A stretch of DNA of 64,000 bases from Clostridiaceae bacterium (GTDB lineage Bacteria; Bacillota; Clostridia; Acetivibrionales; DUMB01). Positions 18,531 through 26,473 of this stretch are shown here, piece by piece. The notes under the pieces are model-generated. The model had not been told where the DNA came from and ran no database searches. It worked only from the letters and a program-made list of their open reading frames with translations. The stretch is taken from positions 9,069 through 73,068 of the forward strand of contig DULF01000095.1 of NCBI GenBank assembly GCA_012840535.1, read 5' to 3'. Numbering within the stretch: position 1 is the stretch's first letter; each line of letters begins with the position of its first letter. The position numbers and the translations under genes were made by a program.

Positions 18531-19587
18531 ACGTATTCACACCTCCGTATAATTCAGGATATTCCAGCCTATGGCGGATTCTTTCCGATTTTCTTCTCCG
18601 CCGGTCCGCTCTCACACGTTTTTTGGCCAGCTTTATTTCATGCTTCAAATCCCTGTAGAAAAGGACAATATTGTTGTCGGGCCAATCTCTCAGTCGTTTT
18701 ACCGTGTATGATACATTGGAATATCCATTGCCTATAAAGAAGTCACACATTGTAGCCAGGTAGGTATCCTTGATGATCTCTATTCCTTTACGCCTTCTTT
18801 CTGAATAGTTAGTTAGGTGGGGAGCGTTTTTCGTGTCATAGATCTGTCCTCTTCTGCAATCGGTAAAGACCACCATCCGGCCGTACTTCTTCTGAAAATC
18901 GGCAAGAATCTCCTCGCAGTCTGTCAACAACAGGATTTTTTGAATACCGTACCGTTTAATAAATTCTTCTATTGTCCGATGATACCTTTTGTTCAGGTGA
19001 GTTAAGTTTTCTACTTCCCGTACCTTGTCGCCCCCGCGGATGTGAACCCCCAGCAGGGGTTTTGAGCCCTTCATGTGTTCATCGTAAAATTTCTGTATTT
19101 CTTCCTGGATATCTGGTTTTAATCTGATATATTTGTCAAAAAGGCACCGGTATATCTGGTGGGCAGTCATTCCGTATGCCCAATGGCTTTTAGGAATGTA
19201 AGGGATTATGGGGCGGATGAAGTAGTGGGTATCGCTTACCACCACATTGGCATCGCTGTTCATCATATCGCCCAGGTTCCTGTAAGCCCATGCCACTTTA
19301 TCCAAGTCTTCCACCGCCAGATTTTTGCCGTTCCATATAGGGGGATAGTAGGTAAAACCGGGCCGGTTTAAATCTTCCAATGTATAATTGGATACAGGTT
19401 CAAAATATAATTCAAAGGCATTTCCTTTAAAAGATTCGGAATACAGGCTGTTTGTTCCCCAGTAAACGACAGGAATCCGGTTAGTCAGTTCGGCAGCCAG
19501 CAATTGTCCCATTAGATGGTCCACATCTGACCAGAAACCGCAACCCCAGCTTTTAATAAGGAGAAATCGGTCAACTGTCAATTTCAT
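18490..19587 (-). CDS. Fucosyltransferase-superfamily-like protein, paralog 2
   Basis: It has the same architecture, with LGVHIRGGDKV (HxRxxD) and KDTYLATMCDFFIGNGYSNVS, plus a basic C-terminal tail (KKRVRADRRRRKSERIRHR). Its 3' end overlaps paralog 1 by 41 nt. The start is ATG 19587 or TTG 19596. Confidence 0.5.
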   Translation of the reverse strand: MKLTVDRFLLIKSWGCGFWSDVDHLMGQLLAAELTNRIPVVYWGTNSLYSESFKGNAFELYFEPVSNYTLEDLNRPGFTYYPPIWNGKNLAVEDLDKVAWAYRNLGDMMNSDANVVVSDTHYFIRPIIPYIPKSHWAYGMTAHQIYRCLFDKYIRLKPDIQEEIQKFYDEHMKGSKPLLGVHIRGGDKVREVENLTHLNKRYHRTIEEFIKRYGIQKILLLTDCEEILADFQKKYGRMVVFTDCRRGQIYDTKNAPHLTNYSERRRKGIEIIKDTYLATMCDFFIGNGYSNVSYTVKRLRDWPDNNIVLFYRDLKHEIKLAKKRVRADRRRRKSERIRHRLEYPELYGGVNTYADESLSVNKIFG

Positions 19588-20752
19588 CACCCCCAATGTG
19601 CAGTTTTTTCTTTATTGTGCTGTAAAGCTTTTTTACAAACTCCATGATTGAACGCAATATTTTTCTTTCCCTGGCTGTAATCATTCTTACATTGACGGGG
19701 TACTTGCGCTTTTCCCTTTGGCGGAAAAGAAGCTTGACATTTCCTTCAGGCCAGTCTTTTATCCGGTATATCGTCCGGGATAAACTTGAAAAATTGTTTC
19801 CTATGAAAAAGTCACACTGGGCGGCAAGATATGCATCTTTAATTGCCTCTACTCCACGCCTTCTTTTTACCATATGGTTTTCCATATTATATGCCGGTTC
19901 ATTGGCGGTTAACCGCTTACAGTCAGTATAAACAACTGAATCACCGTATGTTTTACGGTATTCCTCTACCACTTCCGCACTGTCGGTAAGGAGGAATATT
20001 CTTTTGATTGCATATTTATTAATCAACTTGCTGATTTCAGCATGATATTGCGTATTGGCTTTCAGCATTCTTCCCTTTCCTAAAAAGAAGTATCTTCTTT
20101 TCCGGTTTTTTGAATGCTTTGTCATATATTTTCCTCTGTTCCTGTACCAGTAGTGCTCTTCCACTATGTCTTTTCTTTCGTCAATGACCATGTTGTCTTC
20201 CTCTCTCCGGACATGCACGGCCAGCAAGGGATGCCCGTCCCCGAGCCATGATTGGTAAAACCCCTGCACCTCCATGAGGATGTCCCTTTTGACCCTTATA
20301 TATTTCCTGTAAAGGTAGCGGTAAATCTCCAGGGCTGTCATGCCATATGCCGCATTATTCTTTTTGATGAAAGGAATGATTTCCGATATTGAAAAATATA
20401 CATCTCCGACGATCACATTAGCGTCACTGCTTATAAGATCGCCGATGCTTCTATACATCCATGTATCCTTGCCGGTATCCTCCATCAGTAGATTGTCAGC
20501 GTCCCAGATGGGCGGATAGAAGGTATACCCGGGTTTGGTCAAATCGAAAATACTGTAATTGGATACAGGTTCAAAATACAATTCAAATCCGTTTGTATGA
20601 ATAAATCCGTTATGCAGACAGTGGGTCGGCCAAAAGACAACCGGTATACGGTTTGTGAGCTCAGCAATTAAAAGCTGACCCAGAACATGCTCCACATCAT
20701 ACCATAACCTGTAACTCCAAGGCTTGATTAACAGGAATCTGTCACCTGCCAT
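19571..20752 (-). CDS. Fucosyltransferase-superfamily-like protein, paralog 3 (with basic insertion)
   Basis: A GAGGTGA RBS precedes ATG 20752 (MAGDRFLLIKPWSYRLWYDVEH...). It contains LAVHVRREED, followed by a Lys/Arg-rich insertion of about 35 aa, then KDAYLAAQCDFFIGNNFSSLS and a basic C-terminal tail. Its end overlaps the start of paralog 2. Confidence 0.5.
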   Translation of the reverse strand: MAGDRFLLIKPWSYRLWYDVEHVLGQLLIAELTNRIPVVFWPTHCLHNGFIHTNGFELYFEPVSNYSIFDLTKPGYTFYPPIWDADNLLMEDTGKDTWMYRSIGDLISSDANVIVGDVYFSISEIIPFIKKNNAAYGMTALEIYRYLYRKYIRVKRDILMEVQGFYQSWLGDGHPLLAVHVRREEDNMVIDERKDIVEEHYWYRNRGKYMTKHSKNRKRRYFFLGKGRMLKANTQYHAEISKLINKYAIKRIFLLTDSAEVVEEYRKTYGDSVVYTDCKRLTANEPAYNMENHMVKRRRGVEAIKDAYLAAQCDFFIGNNFSSLSRTIYRIKDWPEGNVKLLFRQREKRKYPVNVRMITARERKILRSIMEFVKKLYSTIKKKLHIGGDEIDS

Positions 20753-20799
20753 GTAATGGTTCACCTCGCACTCTTTCCGTTTAATTCTTTTCTTCAAGT

Positions 20800-21861
20800 T
20801 CATTTTATGTATACCTGTTGCTTTTGGTGCCACCTGTTCCATTCAATGGTGCGAGCCAGGCCTTCACGGAAAGGTTTGAACGGCGGAAGAGGGAATTCGG
20901 TGCTTACTTTTGTAATATCAAGCTTTACCAGTTTTGGAGAAACCTTGATGTTCTGCAAGTCTTCTTTATTTGGGATTTCCTGAGACAATGCGCTTCCAGT
21001 CAGCAGACATATTTCTTCTGCTAGGGCGCGAATGCTTATGCTGTCCTTTCCTCCCACATTATATACAAAGTCTTTCCCGTAGAGCATTATATAAAGCAGC
21101 ATCAGCACGCTGTCGGCAATGTAGCAGAATGTCCTTACCTTGCTTCCGTCATCCAGCATCGTAATTTTTTTTTCATAAAGAGCCTGCCGCAGGAAATGAG
21201 CCAAGACCCTCTCATCCTTCAAACCGATGCCGGGTCCATAGGTCATGGAAATCCGCGCGATTTTTGCGTTAACCCCTTCAAAGTTTCTATAGGCAAAGCA
21301 CAAAGTTTCACCCATGCGTTTCGACTCAGCGTAGATCGCCCGTACATCCACTGGAGAACACAAGCCGGGGTAATCTTCGCTTGTGGGAACATGTTTTTCA
21401 TCGGGTTCGCCATATACTTCCGAGGAACTTAAAAACAAAAAAACGGCGTTGTCTTTTTTTGCTTTTTTAAGCAGCCTTTCGGTTACTGTTGTATTTAGGT
21501 GAATGGTCTCCAAATAGTTTTGAATAAATTTTTTCGGCTGGGCATAGGTCGCTCCATGGATAATATAGTCAGCCTTCACTTCAAAGCAATCGCAATCCGG
21601 CTTGATCAGATCCGTTGCAAAGAAGGCATAGCGGTCCTTGAAAATATCCTGCAGGTGGCTTCCGGGAGGACTTTTGCTGACAGCGGCAATGTTGATCCCG
21701 GCATTTTTGACGGTATTTGCAAGGTGGAGCATATATATCACATACGTTCCAATGAGCCCGTTTGCTCCTGTAATATAAACTGTTTTATCCCTTAGCGGGG
21801 TAAGATCGATTTTTTCAATATATTCAAGGCAATCTTGCTCAATAATCCTGTCCATAACCAT
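20800..21861 (-). CDS. NAD-dependent epimerase/dehydratase (extended SDR, nucleotide-sugar modifying; UXS/4,6-dehydratase-like)
   Basis: It contains VYITGANGLIGTYV (GxxGxxG), SSSEVYG and YAESKRMGE (YxxxK). Confidence 0.75.
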   Translation of the reverse strand: MVMDRIIEQDCLEYIEKIDLTPLRDKTVYITGANGLIGTYVIYMLHLANTVKNAGINIAAVSKSPPGSHLQDIFKDRYAFFATDLIKPDCDCFEVKADYIIHGATYAQPKKFIQNYLETIHLNTTVTERLLKKAKKDNAVFLFLSSSEVYGEPDEKHVPTSEDYPGLCSPVDVRAIYAESKRMGETLCFAYRNFEGVNAKIARISMTYGPGIGLKDERVLAHFLRQALYEKKITMLDDGSKVRTFCYIADSVLMLLYIMLYGKDFVYNVGGKDSISIRALAEEICLLTGSALSQEIPNKEDLQNIKVSPKLVKLDITKVSTEFPLPPFKPFREGLARTIEWNRWHQKQQVYIK

Positions 21862-21885
21862 CCTCTTTCCTTTTTTACAATATTT

Positions 21886-22929
21886 TTATTCTTTTACCAA
21901 CTTCACCGCTTCGGTGCAAATGTCCTCCGCAGTGGGATAAAAAGCTTTTTCCAGTACATCGCTGGTGGGTGTCGGCGTATCCGGGCAGCATACCCGTTTT
22001 ACAGGCTTCTTCAGCAGATGGAATGCTTTTTCAGCAGCAACGGCGGCTATTTCCGAAGCTACGCTTCCTGTTTTGCAGCCGGTGTCGGCAATCAGAAGCC
22101 TTCCGGTTTTTTCGACGGATTCCACAAGAATCTTTTCGTCGAAGGGCTTTAATGTCCGAAGATCTACAACCTCTGCAGATATGCCTGCTTGCTGAAGCTT
22201 TTCAGCTGCCTTCAATGCCTCCACAAGCATATAGGACACTGCCACAATGGTAATATCTTCTCCCCTGCGGTGAATAACGCCTCTGCCGATGGGAATGGAA
22301 TAAAGCTCTTCAGGAACATATCCGGTTGTCTTGTACAGCCATCTGTGTTCTACAAACAGAACAGGGCTGTTATCTATGATGGATGATATCATTAACCCTT
22401 TGGCGTCGTAAGGAGTGGCAGGGGCAACAATTTTAAGACCAGGAACATTCATCAGCATTCCCTGGATGCACTGTGAATGCTGAGCTCCGGATCCCCATCC
22501 CCTGGCGCTTATTGTTCTTACTACCAAGGGAACCTTTACCTGTCCGCCGAACATATAACACCATTTGGATGCGTGATTTACCAGCTGGTCAAAGGAAAGC
22601 AACAGAAAATCCATCCGCGCGTGAATGAGAATCGGCCTTAAGCCTGCCATTGCAGCTCCAGCGGCTATTCCGGTCAAAGAATTCTCCGCTATCGGAGTAT
22701 CGAATACCCTGTTTGCGCCGTATTTCTCTTTCAATCCCTTGGTGGTTCCAAAAACGCCCGCCACATCATCCACGCCTTCGCCCATGATAAACACTCTCGG
22801 GTCCCTTGCCAGCGATTGATCCATGGCTTCATGCAGCGCATCCCTGTAAGAGAGTATCCGATTACCCGTAAAATCGCCGGATATAAAAAAGTTATCAAGT
22901 TTTTCTACCTGAACTGTCGTCCAAGGCAT
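21886..22929 (-). CDS. TPP-dependent 2-oxoacid dehydrogenase E1 component, beta subunit-like
   Basis: It contains FIMGEGVDD..GVFGTTKGL, DTPIAENSLTGIAAGAAMAG and a transketolase C-terminal region. A GGAAAGGAGG RBS is present. Confidence 0.8.
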   Translation of the reverse strand: MPWTTVQVEKLDNFFISGDFTGNRILSYRDALHEAMDQSLARDPRVFIMGEGVDDVAGVFGTTKGLKEKYGANRVFDTPIAENSLTGIAAGAAMAGLRPILIHARMDFLLLSFDQLVNHASKWCYMFGGQVKVPLVVRTISARGWGSGAQHSQCIQGMLMNVPGLKIVAPATPYDAKGLMISSIIDNSPVLFVEHRWLYKTTGYVPEELYSIPIGRGVIHRRGEDITIVAVSYMLVEALKAAEKLQQAGISAEVVDLRTLKPFDEKILVESVEKTGRLLIADTGCKTGSVASEIAAVAAEKAFHLLKKPVKRVCCPDTPTPTSDVLEKAFYPTAEDICTEAVKLVKE

Positions 22930-23025
22930 GAAAACATCCTCCTTTCCAATAGACAGTACGAGTCATTTTCATCGCCAGTACATATCATTCCTGTCGTCAG
23001 AAAACCATTCTGCCGTCTCCTGTTT

Positions 23026-23991
23026 CTAGTCTGCATACACAAAATCCAGCAGTTCATCAGGTGAGGGTTTTGGAGAGTTCTGCGCAAAACTGAACGCCTC
23101 TTCTATCAAACCGTATATTTCCTCATCAATGTTTTTAATAAGCTCATCATTTAAAACTCCCATATTCTTTAAATATTCCGAGAACCGTTTTATCGGGCAT
23201 TTTGAAACCCAATAGTCATATTCCTCTTTCGGCCTGTAGCCTTCCCCTACATCATCCACCGTTCCGATATGCCCTTTCCACCTGTAAGTCAGACATTCAA
23301 TAAGGGTGGGGCCTTCGCCGTTCCGGCATCTTAAAATGGCTTTTTCGGCATAATCTGAAACTTCCAGCACATCATTTCCATCAATCTTATAGCCCAGCAT
23401 TCCGTAATTTTGCGCCCATTTGTAAATGTTGTCGTCCACCTGCCGTGCCAGCTGGTGCGAGTTGATGGCATAAAAATTGTTTTCACACACATATACTACA
23501 GGCAGCTTTTTCAGCGCGGCAAAATTCAGGCTTTCATGAAAGGTGCCTTCATCAGCAGCGCCGTCGCCGAAAAATACAACAGTTACCCTGTCATTTCCCT
23601 GAAGCTTTGACGCCAGAGCTGTGCCTGTTCCGAGCGGAATATTACCCCCGACAATGGCAGAAGAGCCAAGTATGCCCACATCCGGATCGACAAGATGCAT
23701 CGACCCGCCTCTGCCATACGCACATCCTGTTTTCCTCAGGTACAATTCAGCGATCATTTTTTTTATGTCGCCGCCTTTTGCAATATATTGGGCATGACTT
23801 CGGTGGGTGCCGAAAATGTAATCATCCTTACGAAGATGTATGCAGGCGCCTGCTGCCACCGCTTCCTGCCCGATGGACAGATGGATAGGCGTTTTGATTT
23901 CGTCATACTTGTATTCGTCATTGATTCTTTGTTCAATCAGGCGAATAAGACGCATGATTCTATACATTTCAATCAATTTGCTTTTTTCCAT
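23026..23991 (-). CDS. TPP-dependent 2-oxoacid dehydrogenase E1 component, alpha subunit-like
   Basis: It contains the TPP-binding motif GDGAADEGTFHESLNFAAL..PVVYVCENN, and YRWKGH. Confidence 0.8.
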   Translation of the reverse strand: MEKSKLIEMYRIMRLIRLIEQRINDEYKYDEIKTPIHLSIGQEAVAAGACIHLRKDDYIFGTHRSHAQYIAKGGDIKKMIAELYLRKTGCAYGRGGSMHLVDPDVGILGSSAIVGGNIPLGTGTALASKLQGNDRVTVVFFGDGAADEGTFHESLNFAALKKLPVVYVCENNFYAINSHQLARQVDDNIYKWAQNYGMLGYKIDGNDVLEVSDYAEKAILRCRNGEGPTLIECLTYRWKGHIGTVDDVGEGYRPKEEYDYWVSKCPIKRFSEYLKNMGVLNDELIKNIDEEIYGLIEEAFSFAQNSPKPSPDELLDFVYAD

Positions 23992-24010
23992 ATGTCATCG
24001 CTCCTTTCTG

Positions 24011-25000
24011 TCAATACAAGAGTTTGATCCTGTCGTCTTTCCATTCCTTTAATTCACTTATGGCTGCAGATACGTAAGAATATCCGTTGCCGATAAAGAA
24101 ATCACATCTTGCAGCAAGCCATGTGTCCCGGATTATTTCAAAACCCTTCAGTTTGTTATCCGGATATTCATGAAAATGGATCCCCTGGCCGTCCTTGTGG
24201 ACCCTTTTGCAATCAGTGTGAATCAGAAGTTCGCCATACCTTTTTTTATATTCTTCCAGGATTTCAATGCAGTCGGTCATTAAAAATATCCGTATACCCG
24301 GATTTTCTTTGAGAACCTTTTCTATCTCCGCGGCATACCTGCTGTTTAACTCGTGCAGGTGACGTACTTCCACAATTTTATCGCTGCTTCGGATATGTAC
24401 CGCCAAAAAGGAGGCACCTTTCATATGCTCTTCGTAGAAAGCATCGATAAAAGCCTGAGTCTCTTTTTGCAGGCGGATGTATTTTTGTATCAGACAGTAA
24501 AACAAATCCCTGCGGTTAAGCCCGCAGAGCGGATGCCACTCCGGTATCAAAGGAATAACCTTTTCCACATCTACATAGGTATCCCGGACACAAACATCAG
24601 CATTACAATCATGTAAGAGACAAGAGGTATGGGGTAATAGACAAATATTCCTGGAACAAAAATCGGTGTTTGTCTTCAGCAAAGGGCCTGTTTCCGCATG
24701 TTTACCGCCTTCGGGGAACATTGGGGCCGGATCAAGAATATTCCCGCTGTTCCAGCATTCAGGGCAATAGGAAAATTCTTCCTTCGCAAGATCATGCATG
24801 CTATAGCCTGATACCGGCTGAAAAAACTGCTCAAAGGCATTGGAACCATCGGACGAGGAATACAGGCTGCCTTTACCCCAGTATACAACGGGAACCCTTT
24901 TCATGATTTCCGCAACAAGCAGCTGGGTCAGGACATGGTGCATTTCGTTCCATAATCCCTGGCCTATTTCCCTTATTAATAAGAACTTTGTTTTTCCCAT
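24011..25000 (-). CDS. Fucosyltransferase-superfamily-like protein, paralog 4
   Basis: It contains FLLIREIGQGLWNEMHHVLTQLLVAEIMKRVPVVYWG, LAVHIRSSDKI and RDTWLAARCDFFIGNGYSYVS. It is separated from paralogs 1-3 by the SDR and E1 genes. Confidence 0.5.
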   Translation of the reverse strand: MGKTKFLLIREIGQGLWNEMHHVLTQLLVAEIMKRVPVVYWGKGSLYSSSDGSNAFEQFFQPVSGYSMHDLAKEEFSYCPECWNSGNILDPAPMFPEGGKHAETGPLLKTNTDFCSRNICLLPHTSCLLHDCNADVCVRDTYVDVEKVIPLIPEWHPLCGLNRRDLFYCLIQKYIRLQKETQAFIDAFYEEHMKGASFLAVHIRSSDKIVEVRHLHELNSRYAAEIEKVLKENPGIRIFLMTDCIEILEEYKKRYGELLIHTDCKRVHKDGQGIHFHEYPDNKLKGFEIIRDTWLAARCDFFIGNGYSYVSAAISELKEWKDDRIKLLY

Positions 25001-25024
25001 CCAATTCCCCCTGTATGTTAATTT

Positions 25025-26113
25025 TTAAAGCAGATCTTCATGTCCCTGTTTTTTCAGTTTATCCACAAGAATCTTAACCTTCTGGGACTCATTCCTGGGG
25101 CAAACCAGCACCTCGTCTTTTGTACCTACCACAATCATGTTGTTGACGTCTATCGTACAAATGGTGACATCTTTTCCGAATATAACGGAATTTGTTGTAT
25201 TGACTCCGATATGGCGTCCCATTACCCTGTTGCCTGCCGAATCCGTTTCGAGAGTTTTTGCCAGAGCATCAATACTGCCGATATCATCCCAGTCAAAGGA
25301 CGCCCTCACGGCATACAGGGAAGAAGCACACTTTTCAAGCACCCCGTTGTCGAAGGAAATGCTTTTAAGCTCACGGTAGGCTTTTTCAACTGAGGCTGAT
25401 GTTCCATCTTCCTCTTTCCCCAATGCGTCCGAAAGCTTTTCGTAATGCTCGGGAATGTGTTCCTTTATATTCCTTATAATGACGTCCATTGTGCCGACCA
25501 CTATCCCGCAGTTCCACAGGTAATCATCTGAGCGGACAAGCTCCTTCGCTACCTCAAGGGGCGGTTTCTCAATAAATTTCAACACAGGAGACACTTCAAT
25601 GTCTGCACTTGTCGCAGGTCCTACATGTATATAGCCATATCCTGTCGCAGGATATGTGGGTTTGATCCCGATAATGACAAGGCTGTTGAGTCGTTCAGCT
25701 GTGTCAAACGCCAATTGTAAAGCTTTTGCATAGCTTTCCGTATCTTTTACATACCCGTCTGCCGGTACAAAGCACAAAACCCCTTCCTTATACTTTTTCT
25801 TAAGCAAAAGCGTTGCATAAGCAATACATGCAGCAGTGTTTTTCCTCTCCGGTTCCAGCAATATATTCTCCTCCGGAATGCATTCACACTCTGCCCTTTT
25901 ACACGCTGTCTTTATTGTAATCTCCGACAAAAGCCTGTTTGTTACAATAAAACATTGATCAGGCTGAACAACCTTGCATAAACGTTTAATGGTCTGAACT
26001 AGGATTGAATGGCCGCCTTCTATGGGAATGAATTGTTTAGGGCTGGCTTCCTTTGAAATAGGCCAAAGCCTGGTTCCAGAACCACCTGCCATAAGTACAG
26101 CATATTTTTTCAT
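25025..26113 (-). CDS. manC: Mannose-1-phosphate guanylyltransferase (no isomerase domain)
   Basis: MKKYAVLMAGGSGTRLWPISKEASPKQFIPI is the signature N-terminus. An AAGGAG RBS precedes ATG 26113; the ORF-track extension covers the RBS. Confidence 0.85.
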   Translation of the reverse strand: MKKYAVLMAGGSGTRLWPISKEASPKQFIPIEGGHSILVQTIKRLCKVVQPDQCFIVTNRLLSEITIKTACKRAECECIPEENILLEPERKNTAACIAYATLLLKKKYKEGVLCFVPADGYVKDTESYAKALQLAFDTAERLNSLVIIGIKPTYPATGYGYIHVGPATSADIEVSPVLKFIEKPPLEVAKELVRSDDYLWNCGIVVGTMDVIIRNIKEHIPEHYEKLSDALGKEEDGTSASVEKAYRELKSISFDNGVLEKCASSLYAVRASFDWDDIGSIDALAKTLETDSAGNRVMGRHIGVNTTNSVIFGKDVTICTIDVNNMIVVGTKDEVLVCPRNESQKVKILVDKLKKQGHEDLL

Positions 26114-26350
26114 ATTCTTACACTCCTTAGTCAATGCATTCTGTAATTGCTGTGCCAGCGCCGGCTCACCGACGCCGGACTATGTACCTTCTGAGGAAAA
26201 CACAGTGTATTTTATATTATGTAAATTAAATGAATAAGGTTACTGTGAAAATATACGCACAGCTTGTATAAAGCTTTATGGGTAATTTTTTACAATGGAA
26301 GGCAACCGAGTCGAATGCAGGAATTTGAGACAATCAGGCGGAAAAGCAAT

Positions 26351-26388
26351 AAAAATAAAAAAGAGCGGGTTAAAATCCCGCTTTTTTA
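26351..26388 (-). terminator. Rho-independent terminator downstream of fucI
   Basis: On the minus strand, AGCGGG-ATTTTAA-CCCGCT is followed by CTTTTTTATTTTTATT. The plus strand also carries a T-run, so the site may act bidirectionally. Confidence 0.7.
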
Positions 26389-26473
26389 AAAATGCATGTC
26401 ATTTGTTTATTGTTTTATGTTAATTTGTTTTTCATTTTTTGTTAATTTACCGGTGTAGATTTGCCGCGTAATT

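Noticed and set aside
22930-23025. The 96-nt gap between the E1 alpha and E1 beta genes, and the 60-aa ORF at 22905-23087, as a possible small gene or regulatory RNA.
   Set aside because: The ORF overlaps both E1 genes out of frame and has no RBS. I found no convincing hairpin or repeat in the spacer.
11850-26113. The island interpreted as a horizontally acquired mobile element.
   Set aside because: I saw no integrase, transposase, flanking direct repeats or adjacent tRNA, and no obvious compositional break by eye. Insertion relative to the Bacillus gene order is inferred from synteny only.
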